DNA of 60,525 nt. It comes from Oculatellaceae cyanobacterium bins.114 (GTDB lineage: Bacteria > Cyanobacteriota > Cyanobacteriia > Elainellales > Elainellaceae). A model generated the notes under the pieces. The model was not told where the DNA came from. It saw nothing but the letters and a program-made list of their open reading frames with translations, and did not search any database. A program made the position numbers and the translations under genes. Below are positions 1-9,833 of this stretch, in pieces (the first letter of the stretch is position 1; each line of letters starts with the position of its first letter). The DNA is taken from positions 1 through 60,525 of the forward strand of contig JANRJA010000049.1 of NCBI GenBank assembly GCA_033764315.1, given 5' to 3'.

Positions 1-128
1 GTCACATTTTTGGAAGTTCGCTATAAAGACTAATCTCATCCAGTAACTTGGATGACTGGTTTCGTTCGACTAAATTGCAGAACTCCCTCACGCACAAATC
101 CCCACACCCGCTTGACATCCCCACGGCT

Positions 129-215
129 TCATAGTCGTTCCTGGTCAGCGGTTTTAGGTGTCTTTGCTACACAACAAGCGGTTTGGGAAAATCCGCTGCA
201 CCAGGGTTGTTATGA
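129..215 (-). other. Integron attC-like recombination site (R' box degenerate)
   Basis: Minus strand reads TCATAAC-AACC-CTGGT(G)CAGCGG...CCGCTGACCAG-GAAC-GACTATGA: paired arms with one extrahelical G, and the R''-like TAAC overlaps the stop codon of ORF 210..980. Confidence 0.6.
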
Positions 216-980
216 CGCTACCCGCTCTGGAATAGGAAGCATATTTCGCCAATAAAATGTTTCTTTAGGTAAGACTAAAGCATCAACTCGCTCAAAGTCT
301 AACCGAACTGGATAGAAATCAGAATCGGAGCGTGAGTAGTTAAGAGGGGTCTCCTTGCAATCGGGAAGATAAGCTTCATAGTGTTGAAGAGTTGCCTGAA
401 GAAACCCAAATTTACCTGTTCCAGATTTAAGCATTGATTTCATCTCAGATTCGGTGACTTTTCGCATTGCGCTACTGAGCAAATGTCGAGTCTGTATTGG
501 AAAAGTAGAATCTTGAGATGCGAAATATTCATAGGTTACTTCAAGATCCCAGTAGCCAACGCCCCAGCCGCGATCGCCAATCTTTTCGTTGGGATCATCA
601 TAGTCATCCCAACCGAAATGATAATGCTCAACCCATTTGTCCTGATCAAAAATCTTCAGAGTACTCCACTCACTCACCCCTTGATGAGTAATAACCATAG
701 CCTTAGTTTCTAAAAGAAGAGCAAGGGCAAACGCTACCTCTTCAGACGAGAATGCCCACCAGATTGTCCAGGTATGTCCAGCATACTGCCAAAGAACATG
801 CTTCTCCTGCTCATCTAATGATGCAGGAAAAATGTCAGCATCATATTCCGCTCGAAAGTGGTTAGAAAGAGTAGAAGTAACAAGGTGAATTGGAGCTTCG
901 ATGAGAACTACACCAAAGCGATTCCAGAACCCGCCAGTAAGACCAAATCCTCGCTTTTCTGCAAGATTCCAACTAGACAT
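210..980 (-). CDS. Hypothetical protein, possible integron-type gene cassette
   Basis: 256-aa ORF, no family recognised; ends in the attC-like site. Confidence 0.75.
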   Translation of the reverse strand: MSSWNLAEKRGFGLTGGFWNRFGVVLIEAPIHLVTSTLSNHFRAEYDADIFPASLDEQEKHVLWQYAGHTWTIWWAFSSEEVAFALALLLETKAMVITHQGVSEWSTLKIFDQDKWVEHYHFGWDDYDDPNEKIGDRGWGVGYWDLEVTYEYFASQDSTFPIQTRHLLSSAMRKVTESEMKSMLKSGTGKFGFLQATLQHYEAYLPDCKETPLNYSRSDSDFYPVRLDFERVDALVLPKETFYWRNMLPIPERVAS

Positions 981-1116
981 AGAAATTTGAGTAATTGCCC
1001 CACCAGTAATCTCAATCTAACCTACCCACTCGTAACCCAATGGTAATTTGCTGCTTGACGTTGGCAGACAACTTTAAGGTACTGCCCCAACCGAGGATTC
1101 AGCGGCATAACTATTA

Positions 1117-1237
1117 ATAGACGGAAAGTTTCCGTCTAAGATCTTAATTTAGGGTGGATAGGCAGAAAATTTCTATCTAACATTCAGAATTAGGTGAATC
1201 GGTAGAAAGTTTCCACATATCATCCGAAATTGGTTGA
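1117..1237. repeat. Three degenerate ~40-bp tandem repeats with a palindromic core
   Basis: Units start at 1117, 1158 and 1198; the first core is TAGACGGAAA-G-TTTCCGTCTA. Confidence 0.75.
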
Positions 1238-1373
1238 ATAAGCTGACAACTTCATAGATATGTTGTACGTAAATACGTTGATATTTGCTCTTTTATGCAT
1301 GAGTTGCCGATGAAAGCGCAAATTTCTTGTGATGTGATTTAAGTTCATATCGGTAGCGCATCAGCCCATTTCC

Positions 1374-1705
1374 TTATCCAACAGCAAAATCGGTATAGTG
1401 TCGCATCATCGGAGGGTCAAATCTAAGGACGTGTCCTGTTTAGGCACTCCAAGCTCAACGAGCTTATTGGCGATTCCAACTTCAGTTCCGTCTTGTTGAA
1501 TCCAGATTTTGTTATCAATAACGTCCACATGAAGGACAACACCATAGACCCGTTTTGCTCCACGTCAACCAACGTAGACAAGCTGATAGTGATCACGTTC
1601 GGTGTCAAAAATAGTTTCAGCCTGAATTCGCTCATCCCACACTAGTTTTGCGTGTTCGATCATGAGTTGTTGAATGTATTGACGATAGATATCTATGGAT
1701 GCCAT
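1374..1705 (-). pseudogene. xisI: XisI-family pseudogene (nonsense mutation plus frameshift)
   Basis: Manual translation MASIDIYRQYIQQL...IFDTERDHYQLVYVG*RGAKRVYGVVLHVDVIDNKIWIQQDGTEVGIANKLVELGVPKQD; TGA at 1565-1567 where Trp is expected; the C-terminus VLRFDPPMMRHYTDFAVG* lies in another frame. Confidence 0.85.
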
Positions 1706-1749
1706 TGATCAACTACCTCCTGTTCGATGTCATAGACCAATAAAGCAAG
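1693..1749 (-). pseudogene. xisH: C-terminal remnant of an XisH-family gene
   Basis: LALLVYDIEQEVVDQWHP* overlaps the xisI start, as in intact xisHI pairs. Confidence 0.65.
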
Positions 1750-1832
1750 CTAATTGCCTTATGCTAGCCTCTACTATTCTCGCTTCATGTTGTGATGAAT
1801 TTGATTCCATATAACCTTCTAGAAACGCTGTG

Positions 1833-3008
1833 ATGAACAACTATGAATCGGTGCGGATGCAGGCGGTGCAATCGCCTATTATTCCTGTGATTGGGGAGTT
1901 GATTCAGCGTCACCCCGGCACAATTTCGCTGGGGCAAGGAGTGGCTTATTATGGTCCTCCCCCAGAGGCGATCGCCCAACTCACCCAGTTTCTAGCTGAC
2001 CCAGACAACCACAAATACAAACCCGTTCAAGGGATTGTGCCCTTGCAGGAGGCGATCGCCCACAAGCTTCAGACGGAGAACGGCATTCCCATCACCGAGC
2101 AAAACTGTGTCGTCGTCACTGCGGGCAGCAACATGGGTTTTATGAATGCGCTACTGGCGATCACATCACCCGGTGATGAGATTATTTTGCAAACCCCGTA
2201 TTACTTCAATCACGAGATGGCCGTGGCGATCGCCAGTTGCCGTCCGGTGTTGGTTGAAACGGATGAAAACTATCAGCTTCGTCCTGATGCAATTCGCGCA
2301 GCAATTACCCCTCGCACTAGGGCGATCGTCACGATTTCGCCCAATAACCCTACGGGGGCGGTCTATTCTCAAACGACCCTGCAACAGGTCAATGAGATGT
2401 GCCGCGAACATGGCATCTATCACATCAGTGACGAGGCATACGAGTACTTCACCTACGATGGTGTGCCCCACATCTCCCCCGGATCGTTTTTTGACAGTGC
2501 CGATTACACCATTTCGCTCTACAGCCTGTCTAAAGCTTATGGGTTTGCCAGTTGGCGGATCGGCTATATGGTGATCCCCAGACACTTGCTCAATGCCGTC
2601 AAGAAAATTCAAGATACGGTGTTGATTTGCCCGCCTGTTGTTTCCCAATTTGCAGCGTTAGGGGCACTCCAGGCGGGGATCGGTTATTGCAAAACGAAAC
2701 TAGAGGCGATCGCCCAGATACGGCAGACCGTATTGGCAGAACTCAACACCATTCCCCATTTGTGTACTGTGCCTGTCAGTCAGGGGGCTTTTTATTGTCT
2801 GGTGCGGGTTCACTTAGAGCGTGATGCCCTGGAGTTGGCTGAGCAACTGATTCGAGAGCATCACATCGCGGTGATTCCAGGGAATGCGTTTGGCATCGAG
2901 TCGGGTTGTTATTTGCGGGTGGCGTATGGTGCCTTGCAACACGACTCAGCGATCGAGGGGATCGGGCGATTGGTGCATGGCCTGAAGGCGATCGCCTCAA
3001 AGCGATAG
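1833..3008 (+). CDS. PLP-dependent aminotransferase class I/II
   Basis: ISLGQG, SPNNPTG, SDEAY and SLSKAYGFASWRIG motifs. Confidence 0.93.
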   Translation: MNNYESVRMQAVQSPIIPVIGELIQRHPGTISLGQGVAYYGPPPEAIAQLTQFLADPDNHKYKPVQGIVPLQEAIAHKLQTENGIPITEQNCVVVTAGSNMGFMNALLAITSPGDEIILQTPYYFNHEMAVAIASCRPVLVETDENYQLRPDAIRAAITPRTRAIVTISPNNPTGAVYSQTTLQQVNEMCREHGIYHISDEAYEYFTYDGVPHISPGSFFDSADYTISLYSLSKAYGFASWRIGYMVIPRHLLNAVKKIQDTVLICPPVVSQFAALGALQAGIGYCKTKLEAIAQIRQTVLAELNTIPHLCTVPVSQGAFYCLVRVHLERDALELAEQLIREHHIAVIPGNAFGIESGCYLRVAYGALQHDSAIEGIGRLVHGLKAIASKR

Positions 3009-3047
3009 AGAGATCGAGACCTTGGCAATAGACCCAGGACTAGCAGA

Positions 3048-3317
3048 TTACTGGCAAACCGCCTGAGCCGTTTGATAAGTGGTTAGATAAAAATCCAATA
3101 GTTTCTTGGCCTCATCTTCTGAGGGAAAGCGTTGTCGAACCATATACAAGAAAGGCTTCACGCGTGTCCCATCCATCGGGGCAGGCTCCCAAAGGCAGAG
3201 GATCACTCCATCTTCTCTGGGAAGAATATTGTATTTGATCACGAGTTGAGAGGCATCTGGGGGCTGCATAGATGGAGATTGGAGAAGAGTCATCCTAGCG
3301 ATACCATCTACAAACAA
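3048..3317 (-). CDS. Small hypothetical protein (start uncertain)
   Basis: 89-aa ORF with protein-like composition, convergent on the aminotransferase. Confidence 0.55.
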   Translation of the reverse strand: MFVDGIARMTLLQSPSMQPPDASQLVIKYNILPREDGVILCLWEPAPMDGTRVKPFLYMVRQRFPSEDEAKKLLDFYLTTYQTAQAVCQ

Positions 3318-3671
3318 ACTGTGGATTGTAAACGTTAAGACCTACCCTTCTCATTCTCTGTTCAGTCATGCGACCCTACAACAGATCAATCAGGGCATTT
3401 CTCAAGATTCTGACTCACTCAACTCTAAGATTTTATGGGTTGGTCTTAACCACCTGCTGCAAACACAACCATCAGCAAGACTGAGAGGAGCAGCCCTGGA
3501 CTGAGGAGCAATATCAGAGTCAGCAATTCATTCATTTCCATGATAGCTACCTAATGAAGTCTAAAGATCAGACGAGATTCAAGTTGGCATCCGTTGCCTA
3601 AATCCATCATGCCTGATGTTTCCAGGAAGTAGATGCCTCTAATTCTTAAGGAAAGCCGAAAAAACAGAGGT

Positions 3672-4907
3672 CTATTCGCGTAACAGCAGGTAATACAATT
3701 GCCCTGTCGTGTTGACCAGTCCGGCGCGATCGCCTGCTATGGCTCCAGTGCCCATGAACACGTCCACTCGTCCGGCTCCCTGAATGGCTCCCCCTGTGTC
3801 TTGATCGAGTACAAAGCGGCTAACCAGACGTTGCTCTAAGCCGTCGCTGTCGATATAGGGCAGTTGGGTATAAATCAGAGCCAAAGCACCAGGAGGCATG
3901 ATGGTTTTGTCAGTCGCGATCGAGCGTTCGGCAGTGACAGGTACATTTAAACTGCCGAGGGGAGGGGCACCTCCGGTTTCTCGAAAAAAGACAAATCGGT
4001 TGTTGCGCGGCAGATATTCATTTAATGCGGCGGGATGTTGCTGAAAGTAGGTTATGACTCTGGGCAGCGTCAGCCCTTCTAGCGGCAATTTGCCATCGCG
4101 GACTAATTCCCGTCCAATGCCAACATAAGGATACTCGGTGCGTCCGGCATAACCCACGGTCATCACTGTGCCATCCACTAATTGCAGACGGGCTGATCCC
4201 TGAACTTGAATCAAAAAAGCTTCCAGGCGATCGCGTAACCAGACTAGCTCTAGTCCCCGCAATCGACCCTGTGATCCCTGGAGTCCATCTCTGCCCTCAA
4301 GTTGGGTGCGAGTGGGGTGGGGCTGTGCCCATTGCGCCAGATCAGCGGGTTCGCGATAGAGAGGATAGCGAAACTCAGCCGTGGGAACGCGACTGGCAAC
4401 ATAGGTTGGCTCAAAGTAGCCTGTAAAACTGACCGTGCCCAAACCATCTTGTCCGACTGATTGATACAGCACAAACTCTTGCATCACAGCTGTTTGTAAG
4501 GCAACAGGCGATCGCGTCGTTCGGACTAATTCTTGAAATCGTTGCAAGCTGCGGCGAACCTGGTCGCGCGTAAAGGCCGGAACCGGATAGTTTTGATAAG
4601 CTGCTTGTGCGGCAGGGGTTTGCAAATAGGCGAGTGAATGGGCGATCGCGATCAGCAATGCCTGACGGGATGACTGATCCCAAAGCTGTTCATCTAGCCC
4701 CACCAATGTGGGATAACGCTCAAGCGACAACTCGGTTAGATCGCGTTGCTGGAGCGGCAGTGGCGGTGTGCTGAATGGATGGGGCGGGCTTACCTGAGCA
4801 TGGGCAGGGGCAATCAGAGTGACAATGCTCACCCAAAACCCAATCGCGATGCGAAGCCGTTTCCCCAGTGGGGTCATTGCCCGTTTCATGATCTGGCAAT
4901 GACCCAT
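3672..4907 (-). CDS. mltA: Lytic murein transglycosylase A (MltA plus 3D domain)
   Basis: FTGYFEP, FLIQVQGS, SIATD and DQDTGGAIQGAGRVDVFMG motifs; N-terminal signal-like segment. Confidence 0.92.
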   Translation of the reverse strand: MGHCQIMKRAMTPLGKRLRIAIGFWVSIVTLIAPAHAQVSPPHPFSTPPLPLQQRDLTELSLERYPTLVGLDEQLWDQSSRQALLIAIAHSLAYLQTPAAQAAYQNYPVPAFTRDQVRRSLQRFQELVRTTRSPVALQTAVMQEFVLYQSVGQDGLGTVSFTGYFEPTYVASRVPTAEFRYPLYREPADLAQWAQPHPTRTQLEGRDGLQGSQGRLRGLELVWLRDRLEAFLIQVQGSARLQLVDGTVMTVGYAGRTEYPYVGIGRELVRDGKLPLEGLTLPRVITYFQQHPAALNEYLPRNNRFVFFRETGGAPPLGSLNVPVTAERSIATDKTIMPPGALALIYTQLPYIDSDGLEQRLVSRFVLDQDTGGAIQGAGRVDVFMGTGAIAGDRAGLVNTTGQLYYLLLRE

Positions 4908-5161
4908 TAGAAGTCTCGATCAACACTGCCGAAATAGACAGGTTCCACCCGAATCGCCAACACTCTAGAGGGACGTACAACCATGTATTCCCCCTGCAAA
5001 TTTTTCATGGGAACACTGATAAAATCATCAGACGCTGATTTTGGTACTAACTCACCGCTATACCACTTCTGAAAATCTTGAATCGTTGTAAAACGGACTT
5101 CCTCACGGTGTCCCCCTTCTAGCATCAGGTGGACAGCAAATTCGCTAGGAGTTCTGGGCAT
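4907..5161 (-). CDS. Conserved cyanobacterial small protein
   Basis: 84-aa ORF whose stop overlaps the mltA start (TAATG). Confidence 0.8.
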   Translation of the reverse strand: MPRTPSEFAVHLMLEGGHREEVRFTTIQDFQKWYSGELVPKSASDDFISVPMKNLQGEYMVVRPSRVLAIRVEPVYFGSVDRDF

Positions 5162-5302
5162 AATAAATAGCGTTCCTCAAACCTCAACAAACAATACTCT
5201 ATAGCAGTCCTATCTTGATTCGCGTATTGATCTGCAAGTTTTTAACAGGGTGCTATGAATGATTTTGAGGTCAATATTCCCAAAAAAGTGGAAAAAGCGA
5301 AA

Positions 5303-6070
5303 CTAAGGTATTAAATTAAATCGTTGCAGTTGTGTTTCAAGCATGGGCATCAGTTGTTTGCGGAGGTCAGTTTTGTTGCGAAAGGGGAGTCGGTTGCGAT
5401 TGGGCAGATCAAATGGAAATTGCCCCGGCAGGTCTGACCGCTCCATCTGCGCCAGAATTAACTGTTCCGATCGCTTAGATTGCAACGCATAACCGACTTC
5501 AACGCAGACTTTAGGGCTAGGCACCAGTTGGGGCGGGCTGCTATCAATGGTCAAAATGGGTGTTCCATCGGCAATAAACAGCAAGCTTTTGCGAATCTTC
5601 CGCATGAGGTTGCTGCTGAGTCTGACTGGCCCTTCGGTAAGCCGATGGGATTCTTCGAGGGTCAGTGGCAGGCGCGATCGCCCATTAATTTTGTCTAGAC
5701 AAGCTTGCAACTCGTCTCTCAGCAAATCGCTCGACTCTGAATACTCAGTTTGATAACACAAGAAAATCGTTGGCTCTAGCAACGCCATGACATCTTGTTT
5801 GGTGAAATACATTTCATGGCTAATCAGGTCGATGTTGGCGATCGTGTAACCCCCGCTGCCTTCGATGTAAAACTCGACTGTGTCACCTTCCAAATATCGC
5901 TGAAACCACTCTGCCTGCTTGACATCAGCACTATCTTCGAGAAAATCAGCCCGGAGAGCAGACTTCAGCAAACTATTTTTGCTGAGTCGAAGATCGTGGG
6001 GACGTTTCTCCAAATCTCGAATTGGCTCGTACTCTTTGAGATACCAGGCTTTTAGAGCAATGATTGCCAT
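5303..6070 (-). CDS. Conserved cyanobacterial hypothetical protein
   Basis: 255-aa ORF; the C-terminal half (FIADGTPI...SPKVCVEVGYAL...FPFDL) resembles a TIR/nucleoside-deoxyribosyltransferase-like fold. Confidence 0.8.
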   Translation of the reverse strand: MAIIALKAWYLKEYEPIRDLEKRPHDLRLSKNSLLKSALRADFLEDSADVKQAEWFQRYLEGDTVEFYIEGSGGYTIANIDLISHEMYFTKQDVMALLEPTIFLCYQTEYSESSDLLRDELQACLDKINGRSRLPLTLEESHRLTEGPVRLSSNLMRKIRKSLLFIADGTPILTIDSSPPQLVPSPKVCVEVGYALQSKRSEQLILAQMERSDLPGQFPFDLPNRNRLPFRNKTDLRKQLMPMLETQLQRFNLIP

Positions 6071-6161
6071 GACACGCTTTGGCTCTGCTGTTGATTAGTA
6101 GATCATTTGTACTATTTTAGCAGCTATTTTTTGGTATTGGAGCTTAAATCTTCCCACAAAT

Positions 6162-6221
6162 GCCTTTAAAGCAACAGCCTTTAAAGCAGCAGCCTTTAAA
6201 ACAACAGCCTTTAAAACAACA
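6162..6221. repeat. 15-bp tandem repeat x4 (GCCTTTAAARCARCA)
   Basis: Read directly from sequence. Confidence 0.9.
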
Positions 6222-7019
6222 ACAGCATCCAAGCCTCGACTCATTGAGTAATTTTCCCTGGATTGTCATGCTATACGGAGTAAAGCTGATTCAAAATTGG
6301 TTCAAAAACCAATCTTATTCAGTTTTATAACTCCCTAATCACTACGTGGGAAAATATCAACCTTCGGGTTGAATGCTGTTGTGTTTTGGACGAGACAGAT
6401 TCAAATAAAACAGCTCTTTACTCCTTAAACTAACGTGAACTTGGCTGTTAAATCTGCCAGGGAAGTTTGTTAACTTCAATTCCTACAATAGCACTTTGAC
6501 TGATTGACACAAGGGGATGATATTAAAGTTTACTTTGTTGAGAATTCATCAATCTTGCACCGAAAATCCCTTATTAATAAAGGGTTTCATCGATTTGAGT
6601 CAAGATGTTTCTTGTCTCTCAATCAGGATCTTGAGGATGAAATTCTATTTATAAATAGGGGTTGGATATTAATATTAAGGAACGGTTAAAAAATAGAAAT
6701 AGAAATTCATAATATTTTTGATTGAAATGGGTACTGATTAATATTGAGTTAATATTGAGTAAATCTATCGCAATCCTATCTAAATTGTGAGCAAGACAAG
6801 GAACTTAAATTCTGTGTTCTATATTTGTGTTCTATATTGTTGTAGTCGTGGTTTTAACTACCAAAATTTTTTAGACATCCGCTAATAGAAATCTGAAGAC
6901 CCGATCGGCTGTGGAGAACGTGCTCAATAACAGCCTTGCGCCCTTCACAAATGACGGTTGACGAATGACCCTTGACTACACATGTGAGAATAGGGTGAGT
7001 GTGATGTTGGGTTGAGCTT

Positions 7020-8135
7020 GTGGCAAGGGTTTGTTTAGAAGACATTACGCGACGGTTTAACGCAGTTACGGCGATCGACCAGATTACCTTTGAGGTGCCC
7101 GATGGTCAGTTTTGGGTGCTGGTGGGGCCATCGGGGTGCGGCAAATCTACCATCCTCCGCACGATCGCTGGGTTAGATACGGCAACTTCTGGCAAGCTTT
7201 ACATTGGCGATCGCCTGGTAAATCAGGTGCCTGCTCGTCAGCGAGACGTGGCAATGGTCTTTCAAAACTATGCGCTCTATCCTCATATGACTGTGGCGGA
7301 GAATCTGGCATTTGGGTTAAAGATGCGAGGGAGCGATGCCAAAATGGTGCGATCGCGCATTGAGACAGTTGCTCGGTCGCTAGACATTGCTCATTTGCTC
7401 GATCGCAAACCCCGTCAACTCTCTGGGGGACAACAGCAACGAGTGGCACTAGGTCGGGCGATCGCCCGCGAACCTCAGGTTTTTTTATTAGATGAGCCGT
7501 TGTCTAACCTAGATGCTCAATTGCGAGATGATACGCGTGCTGAGTTAAAGCAACTGCATCAACGGTTAGGAATCACAACGATCTACGTGACGCATGATCA
7601 GGTTGAGGCGATGACTCTGGCTGACCAGATTGTGGTGCTCAATCGAGGGCGGATTCAACAGATTGGCGACCCTCAAACTATTTATGCCCAACCTGCTCAT
7701 CAGATGGTGGCAACATTCTTAGGCAGCCCACCCATGAACATTTTGCCTGCAACCTATGATGGTGCTCAGTTTCAGATGGCTGGAGGGCAAACCATTTCCT
7801 GTCCAGAACGGCTCCAATACGTGTTGCGATCGGCTCAAGGGCAACGCTTTAACTTAGGCATTCGCCCAGAGCATCTGAAAGTGGTCTCTGAACCTGCCCA
7901 TATGCCTGGTTTTGCCCATCTAAGTTTGGTGACAACCGTAGTGGAACCCTTGGGACGCGAGATTTTGATCCGCACAGTACTGCCAGAACAAGACCCAATG
8001 CAGTCACCTGTGATCAACATTCAAGTTGATCCAACAATTCGTCCAGTGGTAGGAGAGCGGCTTCAGATTCAGCTTGAGTTAGACTACCTATTTGTGTTTG
8101 ATCCGGCTACAGGCGATCGCATTACAGAGTCCTAA
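7020..8135 (+). CDS. Carbohydrate ABC transporter ATP-binding protein (MalK/UgpC type)
   Basis: GPSGCGKS, VFQNYALYPH, LSGGQQQR, LLDEPLSNLD and a C-terminal TOBE-like region. Confidence 0.95.
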   Translation: MARVCLEDITRRFNAVTAIDQITFEVPDGQFWVLVGPSGCGKSTILRTIAGLDTATSGKLYIGDRLVNQVPARQRDVAMVFQNYALYPHMTVAENLAFGLKMRGSDAKMVRSRIETVARSLDIAHLLDRKPRQLSGGQQQRVALGRAIAREPQVFLLDEPLSNLDAQLRDDTRAELKQLHQRLGITTIYVTHDQVEAMTLADQIVVLNRGRIQQIGDPQTIYAQPAHQMVATFLGSPPMNILPATYDGAQFQMAGGQTISCPERLQYVLRSAQGQRFNLGIRPEHLKVVSEPAHMPGFAHLSLVTTVVEPLGREILIRTVLPEQDPMQSPVINIQVDPTIRPVVGERLQIQLELDYLFVFDPATGDRITES

Positions 8136-8144
8136 CCTTCTAAC

Positions 8145-8612
8145 CTAGCCTTCCTGAATGACAGTTTGGTAAGCCTGATTGATCTCAGCCTCACTCCAAC
8201 CCTGATGGCTTAATTGATTGAAAATTCGTTCGTAACTGTGATCTAAACGACGTGCTCGATAAATGTAGTCTTTGATCGCCAAGCGGTTGTTCGTTTCGAG
8301 GGTTTGTGCCAGGGTATCTGTGATGCTAGAAGAACTCTGTGGGGGTTGTCCTGTTCTGGGGCGATCGCTGGAGTCAGTGAGAGGTGCGTTTTGACTGGAT
8401 GCCCCAATGGAACGGGCGATCGCACGAGCCACCATTAATCCGAGTTTGCCAACGCCAATGCAAAGTGGGATCCATAAGACAAGGGCGATCCCAGCGGTGC
8501 AGATGACCGAAAAGACAAGAATCATCGCCGCATTAGCAAATCCACCGGTCATCACTGCCAGCGCAATATAGATAACAAAGACTCCAACGGTCAATTCTTG
8601 AAAGGTTTTCAT
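8145..8612 (-). CDS. Small membrane protein
   Basis: Two N-terminal hydrophobic segments; C-terminal L..QGWSEAEINQA motif. Confidence 0.75.
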   Translation of the reverse strand: MKTFQELTVGVFVIYIALAVMTGGFANAAMILVFSVICTAGIALVLWIPLCIGVGKLGLMVARAIARSIGASSQNAPLTDSSDRPRTGQPPQSSSSITDTLAQTLETNNRLAIKDYIYRARRLDHSYERIFNQLSHQGWSEAEINQAYQTVIQEG

Positions 8613-8632
8613 AGCTCACTCCCGATGCTGGT

Positions 8633-9682
8633 TTAGAGTTGGTTATCGAGTAGCGTTTCCCAATAACGAATGAACCCAATCACCAGTGCCATATAGCAAG
8701 GGATAGCAAACGCCACCTCAACGGGCACTTGAGTAATGGGGGTCGTAAAGCCGGTGAAGTTAGCAACGGCACTAGGGCCATAGACGCGATAGCCGTGGAT
8801 GATGAACCAGGATTCTAACGGTAGGGCGATCGCCCCAATCACTAATAATGTCACCAGAAATTTTTGAGCGACGGAGTAGTGGATGAGTAAGCGATTCATC
8901 AACTCGGTGGTGAGCCAAATAACCACAATCCAAACGCCTGTCATGATGATGCTAATGTCATGAAACCAATAAGACCATTGGGGAAAGTTTTGATTATCGA
9001 CCATTGGCTCAATCATCATTTCAAACAAAAATACCCCTAAAAATGCAATACAAAAATCTCGTAACCAGTGCGATCGCTTCACAGGAACTAACAGTGTTTG
9101 ATCGAGCGCAAAGCTCCAATATTTATAGAAACTAATAACTAATGTGGTAAAAACGGGTGTGTAATATATTAATTCGATGGGAACGTTTAATAGGGTGATA
9201 TTAGATGTAGAAGCTAATACTTCAGGGCTGTAACTGCGAATACCAATGTTAACTACAACTGTTTCAAAGAAACTGACTAAAACTGTCAAAGTGGCGAGAT
9301 AGAGAATAAAGCGTTTCCACTCTTTCCAGTGCTTAAAAATCCGATCAACAATCAGCACTACTGAGAGCATCATGGCTGACCAGCCGAGAGTTAAAATCCA
9401 ACTGACATCTCGATAAATATAGGCCCACCAACCCATTTTAAAGTTGTGCCACATAGGAGCTGTAAACAGCTCAAAAATTAAAACCCCAATACTCATCAAA
9501 AGGAAGCGTTTGGGAATTTGGTCTTTGAGCCGGGGTAAGACCAACAATGCAGCTACAACTCCACATAAGACAAATAACTCAAATGCCAAAATTGCAGGAG
9601 TAGGGCTCTTATCAAAGTTGCAGAGGGTTGAATTGACACAGCGGCTAATGAAGTCAAGCATACATATTGATTTATTGGTCAA
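8633..9682 (-). CDS. Polytopic membrane protein with an internal duplication
   Basis: Many TM segments; paired motifs FELFTAPM/FEMMIEPM, GIRSYSP/GYRVYGP and NVPIEL/QVPVEV. Confidence 0.85.
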   Translation of the reverse strand: MTNKSICMLDFISRCVNSTLCNFDKSPTPAILAFELFVLCGVVAALLVLPRLKDQIPKRFLLMSIGVLIFELFTAPMWHNFKMGWWAYIYRDVSWILTLGWSAMMLSVVLIVDRIFKHWKEWKRFILYLATLTVLVSFFETVVVNIGIRSYSPEVLASTSNITLLNVPIELIYYTPVFTTLVISFYKYWSFALDQTLLVPVKRSHWLRDFCIAFLGVFLFEMMIEPMVDNQNFPQWSYWFHDISIIMTGVWIVVIWLTTELMNRLLIHYSVAQKFLVTLLVIGAIALPLESWFIIHGYRVYGPSAVANFTGFTTPITQVPVEVAFAIPCYMALVIGFIRYWETLLDNQL

Positions 9683-9755
9683 GGGTCAATTGTTAATAGT
9701 AGAGAATAGATGAGAGAGCAACTGATTTATCCACTCACCTACTCCGACATGCTCA

Positions 9756-9826
9756 TATAGCTATCCTAAATCAGTTGTAATATGAGCGGGTTGTAAGGCT
9801 CCCACAACCCATTTGGGATTGCTATA
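9756..9826. mobile_element. Small MITE-like element with TATAGC...GCTATA termini
   Basis: Imperfect inverted ends TATAGCTATCCTAAAT / ATTTGGGATTGCTATA. Confidence 0.6.
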
Positions 9827-9833
9827 CCTCTCG

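Noticed and set aside
1117..1256. CRISPR array
   Set aside because: Repeats are highly divergent, the intervening parts are similar to one another rather than unique spacers, and no cas genes are present
1423..1635. 70-aa ORF from the track
   Set aside because: It is an alternative frame of the xisI pseudogene
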